Source of the DNA: Fimicolochytrium jonesii
Lineage: Eukaryota
NCBI RefSeq assembly: GCF_025526975.1
Contig: NW_026515677.1
Location: 248,001 to 312,000 of the forward strand
Direction of reading: 5' to 3'
Length of the DNA stretch: 64,000 nt
Below the pieces are notes generated by a model, which saw only the letters and a list, made by a program, of their open reading frames with translations, had not been told where the DNA came from and searched no databases. Numbering within the stretch: the stretch's first letter is position 1; the number at the start of each line of letters is the position of its first letter. A program made the translations under genes and the position numbers. Below are positions 35,637 through 47,800 of the stretch, in pieces.

Positions 35637-38438
35637 ATGCACGAGATGATTGCCGTGCAACACGACGAGGAGCACGCTCCCGACAGACCCCAACGGCAAG
35701 AAAGCCTCATCTCCAACAGTAGCGTGACCATCGACATCCCATCGGTAGAGCAGCCCAAGACAGGAGATGAACGCCCTCCATCCGGTCGGACCGTTTCGGA
35801 GGACAGGGACGCTGAAGATGATAGCCACCTGAAAGGAGGGATGGAAATCTATTGGGAAGATATCCGATATGGCGTGTCTGTTGGAAGCGGAAAGACGAAA
35901 GGGACGAAGGAAATTCTAAAGGGGGATACGGGCCGCGCGAAGCCTGGAGAGGTTCGTAAACTAGAAAGTGAAGGTCATCACAAATCTCCGTGGCTCAACT
36001 CTTGCCCCGCATCCAGCTCATTGCAATCATGGGCGGATCTGGAGGGGGCAAAACAACTTTGCTCAACATGCTGGCAGGCCGTGTCCCTGTCGGTAAACCG
36101 ACGGGCATCATCTTGGCGAATGGAAAGATCCGCGAGAAACGCAAATGGAAGCGGACGGTCGGTTACGTTGAGCAAGAGGATCTGATGTACGAGAACCTGG
36201 TACGTCAACGGCTTGCCATGCTCGATCAATGTTGCCGACACTTGCTGACGATAGGTATGGATGCGTAGACGGTGCGAGAGACATTAATGGTCGCCGCGAT
36301 GCTCCGACTGTCGTCCCGAAAATACAAAAAGGAGGAGAAAATCCAACGCGTGGAGAAGATCATGGAAGATTTGGGCATTTCGCATATCGCGGACTCCCGG
36401 ATTGGGAACTCAACTAGGGGAGGGATCTCGGGTGGGGAGAAGAAGCGTGTATCCATCGGGATCGAGCTCGTGACAGATCCGGCCGTTCTTTTCTGCGGTG
36501 AGGAACAGCATTCCGGTGTTCGGCTCAATGAAGTGAGATAAATGGCTAAGACTGTTTTCCCACTAGACGAGCCGACAACGGGTCTGGACGCGGCAACGGC
36601 GAACCACATCTGCGATATGCTCAAACGCCTGGCCAGGAAGACTGCCAAGACCATCAGTATGTGTCGCCATCCTTCTGTGCTCAGCGTTCGCCGACCTCTG
36701 TACGCGCTCTTGACTGACTTGAACCATAGTTATCACGATCCACATGCCTCGCGAGACGATTTTGGACATGATCGACAAGGTCGCGCTGATGTCTAAAGGA
36801 CGGATGGTGTGGTTTGGACCCGCATCAGATGCCTTGGAGCACTTCGAGTCGCTCGGCCATAAATGCCCAGAAAGGACGAACCCTGCTGATTGTGAGTAAC
36901 CTGCGTGATTCACCGGGAACGCAGTCAGCGCTGACGAGTGTTCCCTCAGTCTTCCTCGACCTCATCCAAGTCGATCAGCGCGACGAGGAGTCGAAAAAGA
37001 CGGTTGAGAAGCTGGTTGAGGAGTGGAAGAAAGTGGAGAAGAAACACATCCCCCCCATCAAGGACAATGAGCGGGACAAGGCTGAAGATCAGCAGAACGC
37101 TCAAAAGAGCAAACAAGGGCGCCAAGAGTTGTCCAAGAAATGGGACGATGGAGAAGATCAATTCGGAGCGAGTTGGTTCACTGAATTTACGGTGCTTCTG
37201 GAACGGAATTTCAAGGTAGGAAAGCAATTTCCCTCTTTGCAATCAAAAGAACAAGAACTGAGATCATGTATTCTTGCCAGCAAATCCTGCGAGACAAGAC
37301 GATTCTCGTTTCCAGCCTGGCGCAACAAATCCTCATCTTGCTGATGATCGGATTGGTCTTCCTGCGGTTGAAGAAAGACCAAGCCGGGGTCCAGAATCGC
37401 ATCGGTGTTTTGTTCTTCATCTGTATCAATCAAGTGAGTTCCGTCCGCAACCCTGGGTTGATACAATCCGTGAAATGATAACTAAGGCCGGTTGTATCAG
37501 ACATTCTCCTTCTTGATGCCCATCATCACGTAAGTGCCGTTGATTCTCTCAAGGGTTGATGTGTTCGACTCCCAGTATTGCTCATCTGACCTGAACTTGC
37601 ACCTGTTGCGTGCTATAGTGTTTGGCCGCTTGAGCGACGCATCATTCTTCGCGAGCGAGCGAGTGGAACGTACAGGACTACCTCTGTGTATCTCGCCAAG
37701 GCCGTCTCCCAAATGCCCACCGCGTTCGTGTTTTCGCTGGTCTTTGCAATCCCTGTGTATTGGATCGTGGGGCTGCATGCAAATGGAATCCGATATGTTC
37801 TTTTCCTGGTCATCACTGGTTAGTTTCATTGATAATATTGAATGCTCAGCCTATTCGACTAAACGTTTATTATACACCAGAGTGCCTCGTGTTCGCTGCC
37901 CAATCGCTTGGAATGCTCATCGGATCATCTGTACCCAACGTGCAAATGGCCCAAATCTTTGGACCGTTGGTCGTGGTCACGTTCGTGGTTTTCGGAGGAA
38001 ACTTCGCAAATCAGGACTCTATCACGCCCGTCTTGCGCTGGATCCAATGGTTAGAAGGCTACGCAGAGGGAGTCTCTTCTCGGACATGCACTAACCGCGG
38101 TCGTCCTTAGGATATCTCCCATTCGTTATGCATATGGAGCCTTCATGCAAAACGAGTTCAACGGACTCCAGTTCGAGTGCGGAAGCTCTTCAGGTGGAGC
38201 AGGAGGGGGCCGCTCATGCTCCCCGGAAGGGGAGAGTGCCGTCAGTGGCATAGGATTGGTAAGTGAACAGTGTTCTCGCTGATTTACTCGGAATCTCGCT
38301 AATGCCATCGCATGATAACAGGACAAACCAGGAGTTGGCATTTGCATTTTGCTTGTGATTTGCCTTGGGGTTGTCTTCCAACTCGCCGCATCACTTATGC
38401 TGCGTCGCACCACGGCTCTCAGGACCATCATCATTTAA
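35637..38438 (+). CDS. ABCG (White-type) half transporter, multi-exon
   Basis: Walker A GGSGGGKTT, GYVEQED, ISGGEKKRVSIG, DEPTTGLDA, TIHMP, NPAD, then ABC2 membrane exons (ILRERASGTY, WIQW). Confidence 0.92.
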
Positions 38439-38567
38439 GTTTACACATATGCACCATAGCATGCTCAATTTTGTTTCAGGACCTTTTTTTGTGACAATTT
38501 TTGTGACAATTTGTAAGCCATGTAGCTATTCTACAGCGATCTGTACGGTGTAGGGGAATAGAAAGTA

Positions 38568-41500
38568 CTAAGCCATCCCAGACTCTCGATCTACGTTGCC
38601 CTTCTTCCCAATCGGATAGAGATCCGGCATGGCTTCCAAAGAAGCACCCGTTTGTGTGCCCGCCGTTGCTTGATTTTCAGGATCGGTCATTTGCTTCTTG
38701 AGCCAGTCGGAGATAGACTGTTTCACGCCCGTGTAGAACGTGTCCCAGTATGCGTCGCGATAGAGTAAAATCAACTGAATGCATCGCATCGTTGCCCAAA
38801 TGATGCCTAGCGCAAACAGTCCAGAGCGAGGGCTGATGCGATCTGCTCTGGCCTCCTCAGCGATGACATCTCCCACCGTCGCTTGACAAACACCCTCCTT
38901 GCGCAGGATGCATTCGCCTGTATCGGCCGCATTGGTGCGCACCAGAGCTGAGAGAGCCCAGTATGTTGGGTTGAGGTACTGCGCCCACGCGATACCATCA
39001 TAGATGGCCGCGTCCCCCTTCTTGATCCAAATGCCACTGACGATGGCCAAAACTGCCTGACTGAAGAAGGCGACGCTTCGCGCTTCCGGCCTTGCGAGCC
39101 GGGTGCAATACACGAGGGTGAAGAGCGTGGTTGTGCAGTTGTAATAGACGACGAATAGGATCATGGCCGTGCCGATGCGAATGGGGTCAGGGTTGCAGCC
39201 GAGAATGAAGTAGGCGGAGATGACGGCGATGAAGCCTTCCATTGTCGCATTGGCGGTCTCGTACACGAGGCGGTGGACGAAGAATGTTATTGCGGCAACG
39301 GTACCATTTTGCGAATCGAAGTTGTATATGTCGCGATCATCGTAGTAATCGAACGAGATGTGGATGTTCTTCAGGGCGGGCAAACCGATGCATGCTAAGA
39401 AAGAAACAGCACATGAGTGCATGCTTCAATCGAGAGATTCCAGGGGGACCACACACACATACCCAATGCCAATCCCTTCGTTTGAAGGACCAATGAGAGC
39501 ACATCTGTGCCAGGACGGCGTTGCAAAAGCGACAGAATCAGCACTCCACAGGCGGAAACAATCATCATATTGAATTTCCGAAGAATCGGCCGTGTCGCCC
39601 ACCATCTGCCCGTGACGATGAGAACCTGGAGTGCTACAGACGGCCGGGGAGGTGCCACCTTCTTGATGGCTTTCGCGTCCTTGTTATAACTGAGGAGATC
39701 AAGAGACTGCGACGTACTTGTGGACGGTTCGATCACACTCCGTTCTCCATCCGCACTGGGTGAGTTAGCGTCCATCGCGAAAGATCGCATGGTAGTGCCT
39801 ATCTCTAGGCGGTCCTGCCAATCTGGCTTCAAAATGAAAACTCCGTTGGCCCCGGACGTCGCACGGAGCAAGGGCTCCGAGGCTCGTCGAGTGGCGCCTT
39901 GCAGGGGAACAAACACCCTGCCGCCCTCCACAACCGTCCATTTCTTTGCAACCTCCAGCGTTTCATTGAAGATATCGGTGTTCCGTGTGGTCGAAACACG
40001 GCCATTTGCCGGCTGCGGCGATCGGGATGTCATATCCTCCACTGATCCGACATCGATGGCCGTTGGTTGCACTGGCGGTCTCCCTTCCGACACCTTGGCG
40101 GCAGTATTTGCTTCTTCCTCATCAATCACGTCAAGAGGAAACCATTGCCGTGCAGCCCAAGCGGAATCAATCGGTTTGATTGTACTCGCGACGTCCAACA
40201 CCAGATCGGCAGGATTGGCGCGGTCAGCGCCCTCGCCATCTTCTCTTGAGACAATGTCGCTCCCCACAACGGAAGTTCCTTGGCGATGAACGGCGGCGTC
40301 TTCGATGACATTGTCGGTTCCAGCTTCCCGAGCCTCGAGCCGTGTGCGCAACTTCTTGAAATGCTCCACCGACTCATCTGGTGGCCCGGAAAAGAGCAGC
40401 CGACCATGCACCAAAACAGTCACTTGATCGAAAAGCGCAAACATCTCCGGTCGCGGCTGATGAATAGAGCAGATGACAGTGTAACCTTGAGAACCCAATT
40501 CGCTCATGGCCTTGGCAACATCAAGGGAGGATTTGGCGTCTGCCGAAAACAAGTCAAAGCGCTGGCCAGTCGGCTTATGCAGAACGTCTGCTCTTACCTA
40601 GGCCCGACGTAGGCTCATCGAGGAAGATCACGCTAGGTCTTTTCAGCATGGCCACTGCGATGGATAACCTCCTCATTTGACCACCAGATATTCCACCTTT
40701 GTTTGCCTCCGGCCGTTGAATTACAACATCTGCGCATGGAAGCAGATTCAGCAATCGCAGCAGGCGATGAACTCGGCGAACTTTTTCGATATTGGGGATC
40801 GTTGGAGGGAGCTGTCACGTTAAACTCGATCAGCGCTACAACGCATATGGCTGACATTCGCAGGTTTGCTCTACCTCAAGCATTGCGTTGAACATCATGA
40901 CTTCGCGCACGGTCAACCCATAGTATGGCGCATCGTGTTGCGCAACAAAGCCGGTCATTGCGCGGAACTTCTGGGCAGTAATATGTGACAAAGGTCTACG
41001 GCGATACAGAATGCGCTCTTCAACACCTGCGCCTGCCTTGAGCCTTCGTGTCAACTGCAATCGACCCACATCAGCACATTGTCAATGGAAGGAGATACAC
41101 AGGGTACACATCACTTACGAGACTCAATAGGGTAGTCTTGCCAGCCCCACTCGGTCCCATGATCGCAGTTACGGATCCAGGTCTACAGGCGATAGTCACA
41201 TCATCTAACAATCTTTTCCCATGGACAGAGTCCCCTGCTCTGTAAGTCACACTACGACATTCCACTAATACAGGATCTGGTCGCTCTTCCTCATATATAC
41301 TCTGCTTCCTCTTGGAAACAGCACTAGCCAGCTTGCTCACCAATCCCACTTGAGTCTCGTCCGCGGCCCCAGATTTCATGAGCATACTCTGATTCTTCTT
41401 CAGAGTTTTCACCGCGCTGGACATTTCCGCTTCATCGAACTCGACCGCACGGTGGATCCGCTGCAAGCGTTGCCGAAGTAGTAAGCTTCCAACTATCAAG

Positions 41501-43448
41501 CATGCTTCAATGATCACAATGGTGACCAGTAAAGCCATGGTTACGACGACCACCGTTTTGGTGAGGCCGGCGGAGTCTCGCTTCCGCGCGGCTACAGTCG
41601 CGGCATCGTCAACGGGCGCATACTGATATCCCACGTTATCCCATTTACGACATCGTGTCAATGATGGGTGTCTTGATTCCATTACTGGTTGATACACTGC
41701 CTCACTGGCTTTTGGTGCGGGGAACCGGAGAATCGGAAGCATGGCAGCATTGGCGCCCACAGATGTCCAGGCGGGCATGTTTGTAGATGGTGCGAGTGGG
41801 TCTCGACCGCCCATGAAATCCGACAAGTAAGACCGGAAGGATGAAGTGACACTCTGGGACAATGCTGGTAAAATATCTTGTTAGCTAGAACAAGCCGGGA
41901 ATGTGTTCTACCACATCAACCCTTACAATCACCCGGTGTCCTGAAGAGATAGCTTAAGTCCGTTGTGTGACAAGCATTTCCATCGCAAATGTTTCCAATC
42001 GCTTCGTCACTTCCCCCAAGCCATGGTGCTTCCAAAATGTACGCCCACACGCGAGCGGTAGACGACGTCGCTTGTAACACTTTCCGCTGTGGGCAAAGGA
42101 ATATCCAGTCGGACGTCATCTGCGTGAGGACCGGCTTCCGCGACGCTAGGTACCCCGGGCTGTCAGCATCGTAGACATTGCGGAGGACCTCGTCATGCGG
42201 GGTGTATATTGCTTCCCTTTATGAAGAACATCACGATTTAGTCAGGATTATATGACCTTGAGTCCGAGATATGCGCACGTACATGATCACATTGAAAAGC
42301 GGGGTGCTAAGATTCCCTGGATTCGCTTTGTCAATCATCAGCCAAGTTTCATTCGAGACACCTCCAATCTGAGCGCCATCAAGGATTGGAATTGACTTAG
42401 CATCGATGAAAATCATCTCATCACAAAGGTTCTGACACTATCGGCTTACCACTATCCGGAGGCCGCCAAGCAGATCATCTCGACCGAGAACATCATACGG
42501 GTTCATCGTGATATCGACCCCGTCCACGATGGGTGTCATGTCTCCTAAAGAAACGCCTGACAACGTCCTGTAGTCCGAGTCTGAGGCATCCGCATTTGCA
42601 GTCAATATGTCTCGCATGGAGTGAAGATTCAGACAAGATCTTGAAGAGCAACCGAGCTTCTTAGCAACGGCAGCTGCTTGTGCGCGACCCCGTTGGGAGG
42701 TGCGAAGGCTTAGAGCAGGGGGAGACATGAGAATTATGTTCTTGATAGTCGAGCGAACTGACGGCTGCAGTAGTTGCAGTAAAATAGATTGCGCCCCTGC
42801 TGACTGTCCTAGCAACGTAACGTCTGCGGCATTGCCGCCGAAGGAGGCAATGTTGGTTTGCACCCATGTCAAAGCCGCCCGTTGGTCCAGAATCCCAAAA
42901 TTCACTGCTGAGGGGGCAGTATCGCTGGGATCAACACCGGCGAAATCAAAGAAGCCAAAAACCGACAGGCGGTAGTTAAATGTCACCACTACAACCCCCA
43001 GCGCAGCGGCCAATTCCGCACCGTCATAAGCAGTCATCCCAGCACCACCGATGTCGAAAGAGCCCCCATGAAAGAAAACGAGAACCGGAGTTTGTGGATT
43101 GCTAAGCGGTGTCGACGTGGTCTGGATTTTTGATGAGTCGGCTGCAGGCGTCCACACATTTAAGAACAAGCAGTCTTCGCCAATACTGTCCGGACACAGA
43201 ACATCCTGGCATATCTGCGGACAGCTTTGCTTGAACTCGAATGCTTCGAGAGGAGATATCCATGGGGTCACCACTGAGGGTGCCTCCCATCTCCCAGCTT
43301 CTGCAAATGGGATTCCAAGGAAGGCGAAATTTCCCTTTGTGCTAGTTCGTCCGGTCACAGGACCTGTAGGCGCCAAGACGGTGACGGCGTGAGTATGGAC
43401 GCTGAAGACAGCGCTGGAGATCAGCAGAATATAAAGTTTGGATAGCAT
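38568..43448 (-). CDS. Carboxylesterase (type B) - ABCG half-transporter fusion, multi-exon
   Basis: Signal peptide, [49 protein letters not shown] helix; [42 protein letters not shown]; multi-TM C-terminus. Exon phases are compatible through the esterase part. Confidence 0.8.
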
Positions 43449-44066
43449 CCTGGCGCTGTAACGTCTACAGATGGATGTTCCAGTGATTGGGATGTCGTAG
43501 GCGTTTGCGCATCATCTCTTATATACGACATTCGCCTCGAGTTGCCCGTTGACGCAAGCATATGACCATCGTGCGACGCTCTCATTATAACGAACGTGCG
43601 TTTGAAGGGTTAGTTGTGCAATTTATATTTGCGTTACTTGCGTTGTTTGCGTTGACGGACCACCTCGAAAGTCGAATACATCTGTGAGTGATTGACGGAG
43701 AAACCTGGGCAAAAGAGGATAATATCAATTTGGCGGAGACTGAAGGCTTTGACTGACGAGAAAATTCGACAGCGCGTTCTCCGAGCCGTCATTCCGAGCC
43801 CCTCTTTGGACTGCTCACGAAGAACGAGTGAATCCTTAAAATGCTTATATTCAGAACACAAGGCTACTATGTACATAAGCTACATGCGCTAAAGAGGAGG
43901 AATAAGACACAGGAGCTTTAAACCGTACACGTACACATAAACGGTACCATGGCAAGTGCTTTGCCTAATTTCATAGGAACGGCCTAGCAAAGCCCAAAAT
44001 TGAGCCAGATGGCGGAGGCGACTCGGTCTCGCCCATTGTGGCTCATACAACATACGACAACCAAAC

Positions 44067-44566
44067 CTATTTCTTTAAAACGTTACGCCAGTAATTACGA
44101 AGCTGCACTGCCGTCCGGCCTTGAGAAGCGTTGAATTCTTGCTCGATGGTACTCCAGTTCCCAGTTTCCCCATATTTGTGCACAAGCTCTCGTAGAAGGG
44201 TTTTGGTATTGTCAGTCCAACCAAACTTCTTAGCCTGATGATATGAAGCTTGGAATTCAGAAGTCCGAAACCGAAGCAGTCAGCGGGTTGAAAAGTACCT
44301 TTTCCTTGTCTCCATCTTTGTCGCTTGTATTGCCTTCCATTTTGGGGAGTGGCTTGCCTTTCTTTTTGCCAGCAGTCATCTATGGAGAACAGAGTATCGA
44401 CCGGTAAATTGATACAACATCGTTATATATAGGAGGAAGATCCAGCTGCGTGCCATACCTCCTTAGCATTATCAGGATCTGCGCGACGTTTCTTTGAGGG
44501 ACTACTGGTCAGTTGTAGTTTATGCTGTTCCAGCTCTCCATCGGATTCAAGTTTGACCTTGGCCAT
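44067..44566 (-). CDS. Small single Myb/SANT-domain protein (3 exons; not in the ORF track as a whole)
   Basis: MAKVKLES...NAKE | MTAGKKK...DKEK | AKKFGWTDNTKTLLRELVHKYGETGNWSTIEQEFNASQGRTAVQLRNYWRNVLKK*, with three spaced Trp residues and phase-0 GT-AG introns. Confidence 0.75.
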
Positions 44567-44852
44567 GGGAAGGGTCAAAATAGTTCTTATCAATTCACTC
44601 GATTGGTGGGGTCTGCTAGGTAGGTAGTGAAGCTTGTGAGAGAGAGTTCCGAAGGCAGACGGGAAGGTTCTGCCAGTTCCCGCTTGAAACAGTTGCGTGT
44701 CCTGGAAAAAGTGCACACTTCAGAAGTTGTCAGAAACGCACTGTCGACAGTCATTTCAGGAGGGCCTTACAGAATCTTATTAAATCCATTATAATGATAA
44801 ATACAAGTTGCCCCCACGCCATCACTGTACATAGCCGGCAATCCCACCGTCT

Positions 44853-47800
44853 CTAATCAGTCTGGCATAGCAGACAAACCCCCCCTAATGTCCACTTTTG
44901 AGGCCTTTCCTTGGTTTTCAAATTGAATGTCCAGATGAAGGTTGGACCTCTTTGCCGCGTTCGGTACACAGGGCATTCATAAACGCCCTTCGTATCTTTC
45001 TTGTCGATTGGTATGGCTTTGATATAGATGACGGGCATTGCGGGCGTGAGCTCTTTGAGCAAACTCTCCTGAATGAGACCCGTGTTGGTGTCCCACCGGG
45101 CTCCCTCCATGAACATGCCATGGATGTACGCGCCTTCACGAGGCGCTCCGGAGAACTCCTCCTTGGCTTTCTTTGTGATATCGACGGAAAGTACCATACG
45201 GTCGAGTGGCCATTCGTTTTTCCTCGCAGTCGTTTGCATGATGGCCGTAAGGAAAGATTGCGGGTTGAACAGGCCAGGCAGCCAAACAACAGCCGGCAGC
45301 TGGAACTCTGACACCCAGCCTTCCAGCTCTTTGATTCGTTGAAGAAGATCTGCGTACCACAAGGCAAGCCCTTGTAGCGATGCGTATGCGAGCTTTTCCC
45401 AAGAAATGGGTACCGTATTCAAGTAGATAGAGTTCATCAACGCCTCCATGTTTTCAGTAATTGTCAAGTCACCCTTGAGACCGAGTTGTAGCTCTCGTAA
45501 CGAACGACGAATCTCGTTGGTTAGCGTCGACATTCGATCGCATTCTTGCAATGCAACGGATATGTAAGGTGTTCGTTCCTCGACCTTGGCCATCAATTCC
45601 GGCACGTTGAATGGATCAGGGAGCGACCCGAGAATCTCTTCAATGACTTGGCCAACCTTCTCCTCCTTGCTGGTTGCCAAACCACCACCAGTGTCCTTCG
45701 GTTGCATTTCCAAAATCGTTCGGAATAGAGTATCAGCACTCTTCGTCAGCACACCAATTTCCGCATTCGGATGTAAGCCGTAAAGGTAGGGTGATTCTGG
45801 TGGAAGGTTTTCGTCGATGTACTTGTGGTAGTCTTTGAGATCGGAAGTAGGGGGCATCGTGAATCCAGGTGCAAGCTCGAAGCTTCCTTCAAACATGTCT
45901 GGCTGAATATATGTGTCCAAGTAGGACGAGCAGAGCAGACGGTCCCAATCGTCTGAGATATGTCCTCCATACATGATGTCTCCGAACATGTATCGCAGAT
46001 CTGTCCATGGAACCTTCGCGAAGGTCTCAAGGTAGTTGTAAAGGACATCGGCAGAAATCGTTAAGTCACCAGTGCTGAAGGGATACGCCCTATTCCACCC
46101 CTGTGTTCCGAATTTCCTCCGTTCCAAAATGGCCGCATGGAAGTAGCAGAGGACGAAGAGAATTCCTCTGAACTCCGCATCTTTCGAGCATCGTTCTAAC
46201 GACTCTTGCGTGAAGTTGTCAAGTGCCCTGTGGACGTTGGCTTGCATACCCGTAGGTGGCTCGTTGGTGATCTTGACTGACGCCTGCAGAATGGATGTCG
46301 GAATAATGTGGTACGCAGGATCGCCGGCGGGCTCGGCTGAAAGGAAGACTCGGAAGTCTGGGTGCGAGCCGGTGGACAAAGCTTCAAGTTTCTTCTCGAG
46401 GACAGGTAACCACTTTGCAACCAGATGGATGTTCTCCAACATGACCCATCCGCCTTGTTTGTAAGCGAGTTCGAGCTTTTGCTCGGCAATAACCTCCTGT
46501 CCTTGCCCTAAGGACACGTAGTGGTAGTTTCCGTTGTCTTCACCTACTCCGAGGGTTCGTCCGTGAGCTTCGACTTCCTTGACTGGATCTACACCAGGAG
46601 AAAGGATAAAGAAGATCGGTGTCGCAGGGCCTGATTCCTCGTATGACTTCGTTAACGGAACCCGAGATGTGTTGATGTATTTCGGGCCCATTTTCGCGGC
46701 GATGAAGTTCGATATCGCATATGTCATACGATCCGGACGGAGACATCTCAGGATGCAAAGTTTCTCCAAGGCTGTTTTGTTCTTCCACTCTTGAGGCAAT
46801 TTCTCACTTTCAGGAACTTCCAATTCGCAATACTTCTTCCACTGCTTGGAACCTCCCTCGATATCCGAGGAGAGTGACCGGAATACCTCCATGTTTGACA
46901 AAGCTTTGACCAGCCCCCACGAAGAGTCCGAGAGCCAGTCAAACGGGCTTTTGACATTCACTACCCGAGGTCCCCGCAAGAGGAAGTCGAGCTCGGGCAA
47001 GTCCATGTCTCCCTGGCTGATGAGGATTTGGAAGGTCATCTGAGCCAGGAAAATTAGCTTGTCTCTCTCAAAGAGACCTCTCGTGGTATATATGAACACC
47101 ATGTGGGTGATAGAGTCGATCAACGCGGTAACTCGTTCCTTGATGTCCTCACTTTTGTCCGCTCGAGAGATGGCATTTTGGAACACAACTTTGTAAGCAT
47201 TGAGAGAGTACTGATACATCGGGTGAATTTGCCACAAGTCGTTTAACAAGAAGTAGAGGAGTGACGACCGAGCTGCCACAGGGCGATAGAGCTCACGAGT
47301 TTCGTTGATCTTCTTTTCCGTTTTCTTGGCCTCCTCCACTTTTTGTTCGATGTCCGTTGCGGTACTCTTCGTGATTTCGAGGTTTTCGACGAGTGCGGTG
47401 TCGCCCAAGAAGTTACCTTGAGCAGCAGAAAGACGTGACAACAACGCATCCTCAAGTTCCGTCAACTTGATTTTGAACTCGTTCTGCTGTTTCGTCAATT
47501 CGGCTTTCGTACGCTCGAGATCAGGTCGCTCAACGTTCACGACGTCAGCGAGAAGCTGGTCCTCCAAACCAGCCAGTGTAACGGTGAAGTTGATTAGCGT
47601 GGTTTGCGCCTGAATTTCTGGCGGGTAGTGCGGGTTCGGGAGCCTCGTTTGCAGAATGAGTTTGAACTTCGGATCATACTCGACTTCCTTGTCACCCATT
47701 TTGATGTACTTCCCTTTCTTGATTGTCTCGCGACCAAGTAAAGGATTCAGCACAGCGTCGATGCTTTCTTGAATATCCTCAATGAGGACGGTGTCTCCGC

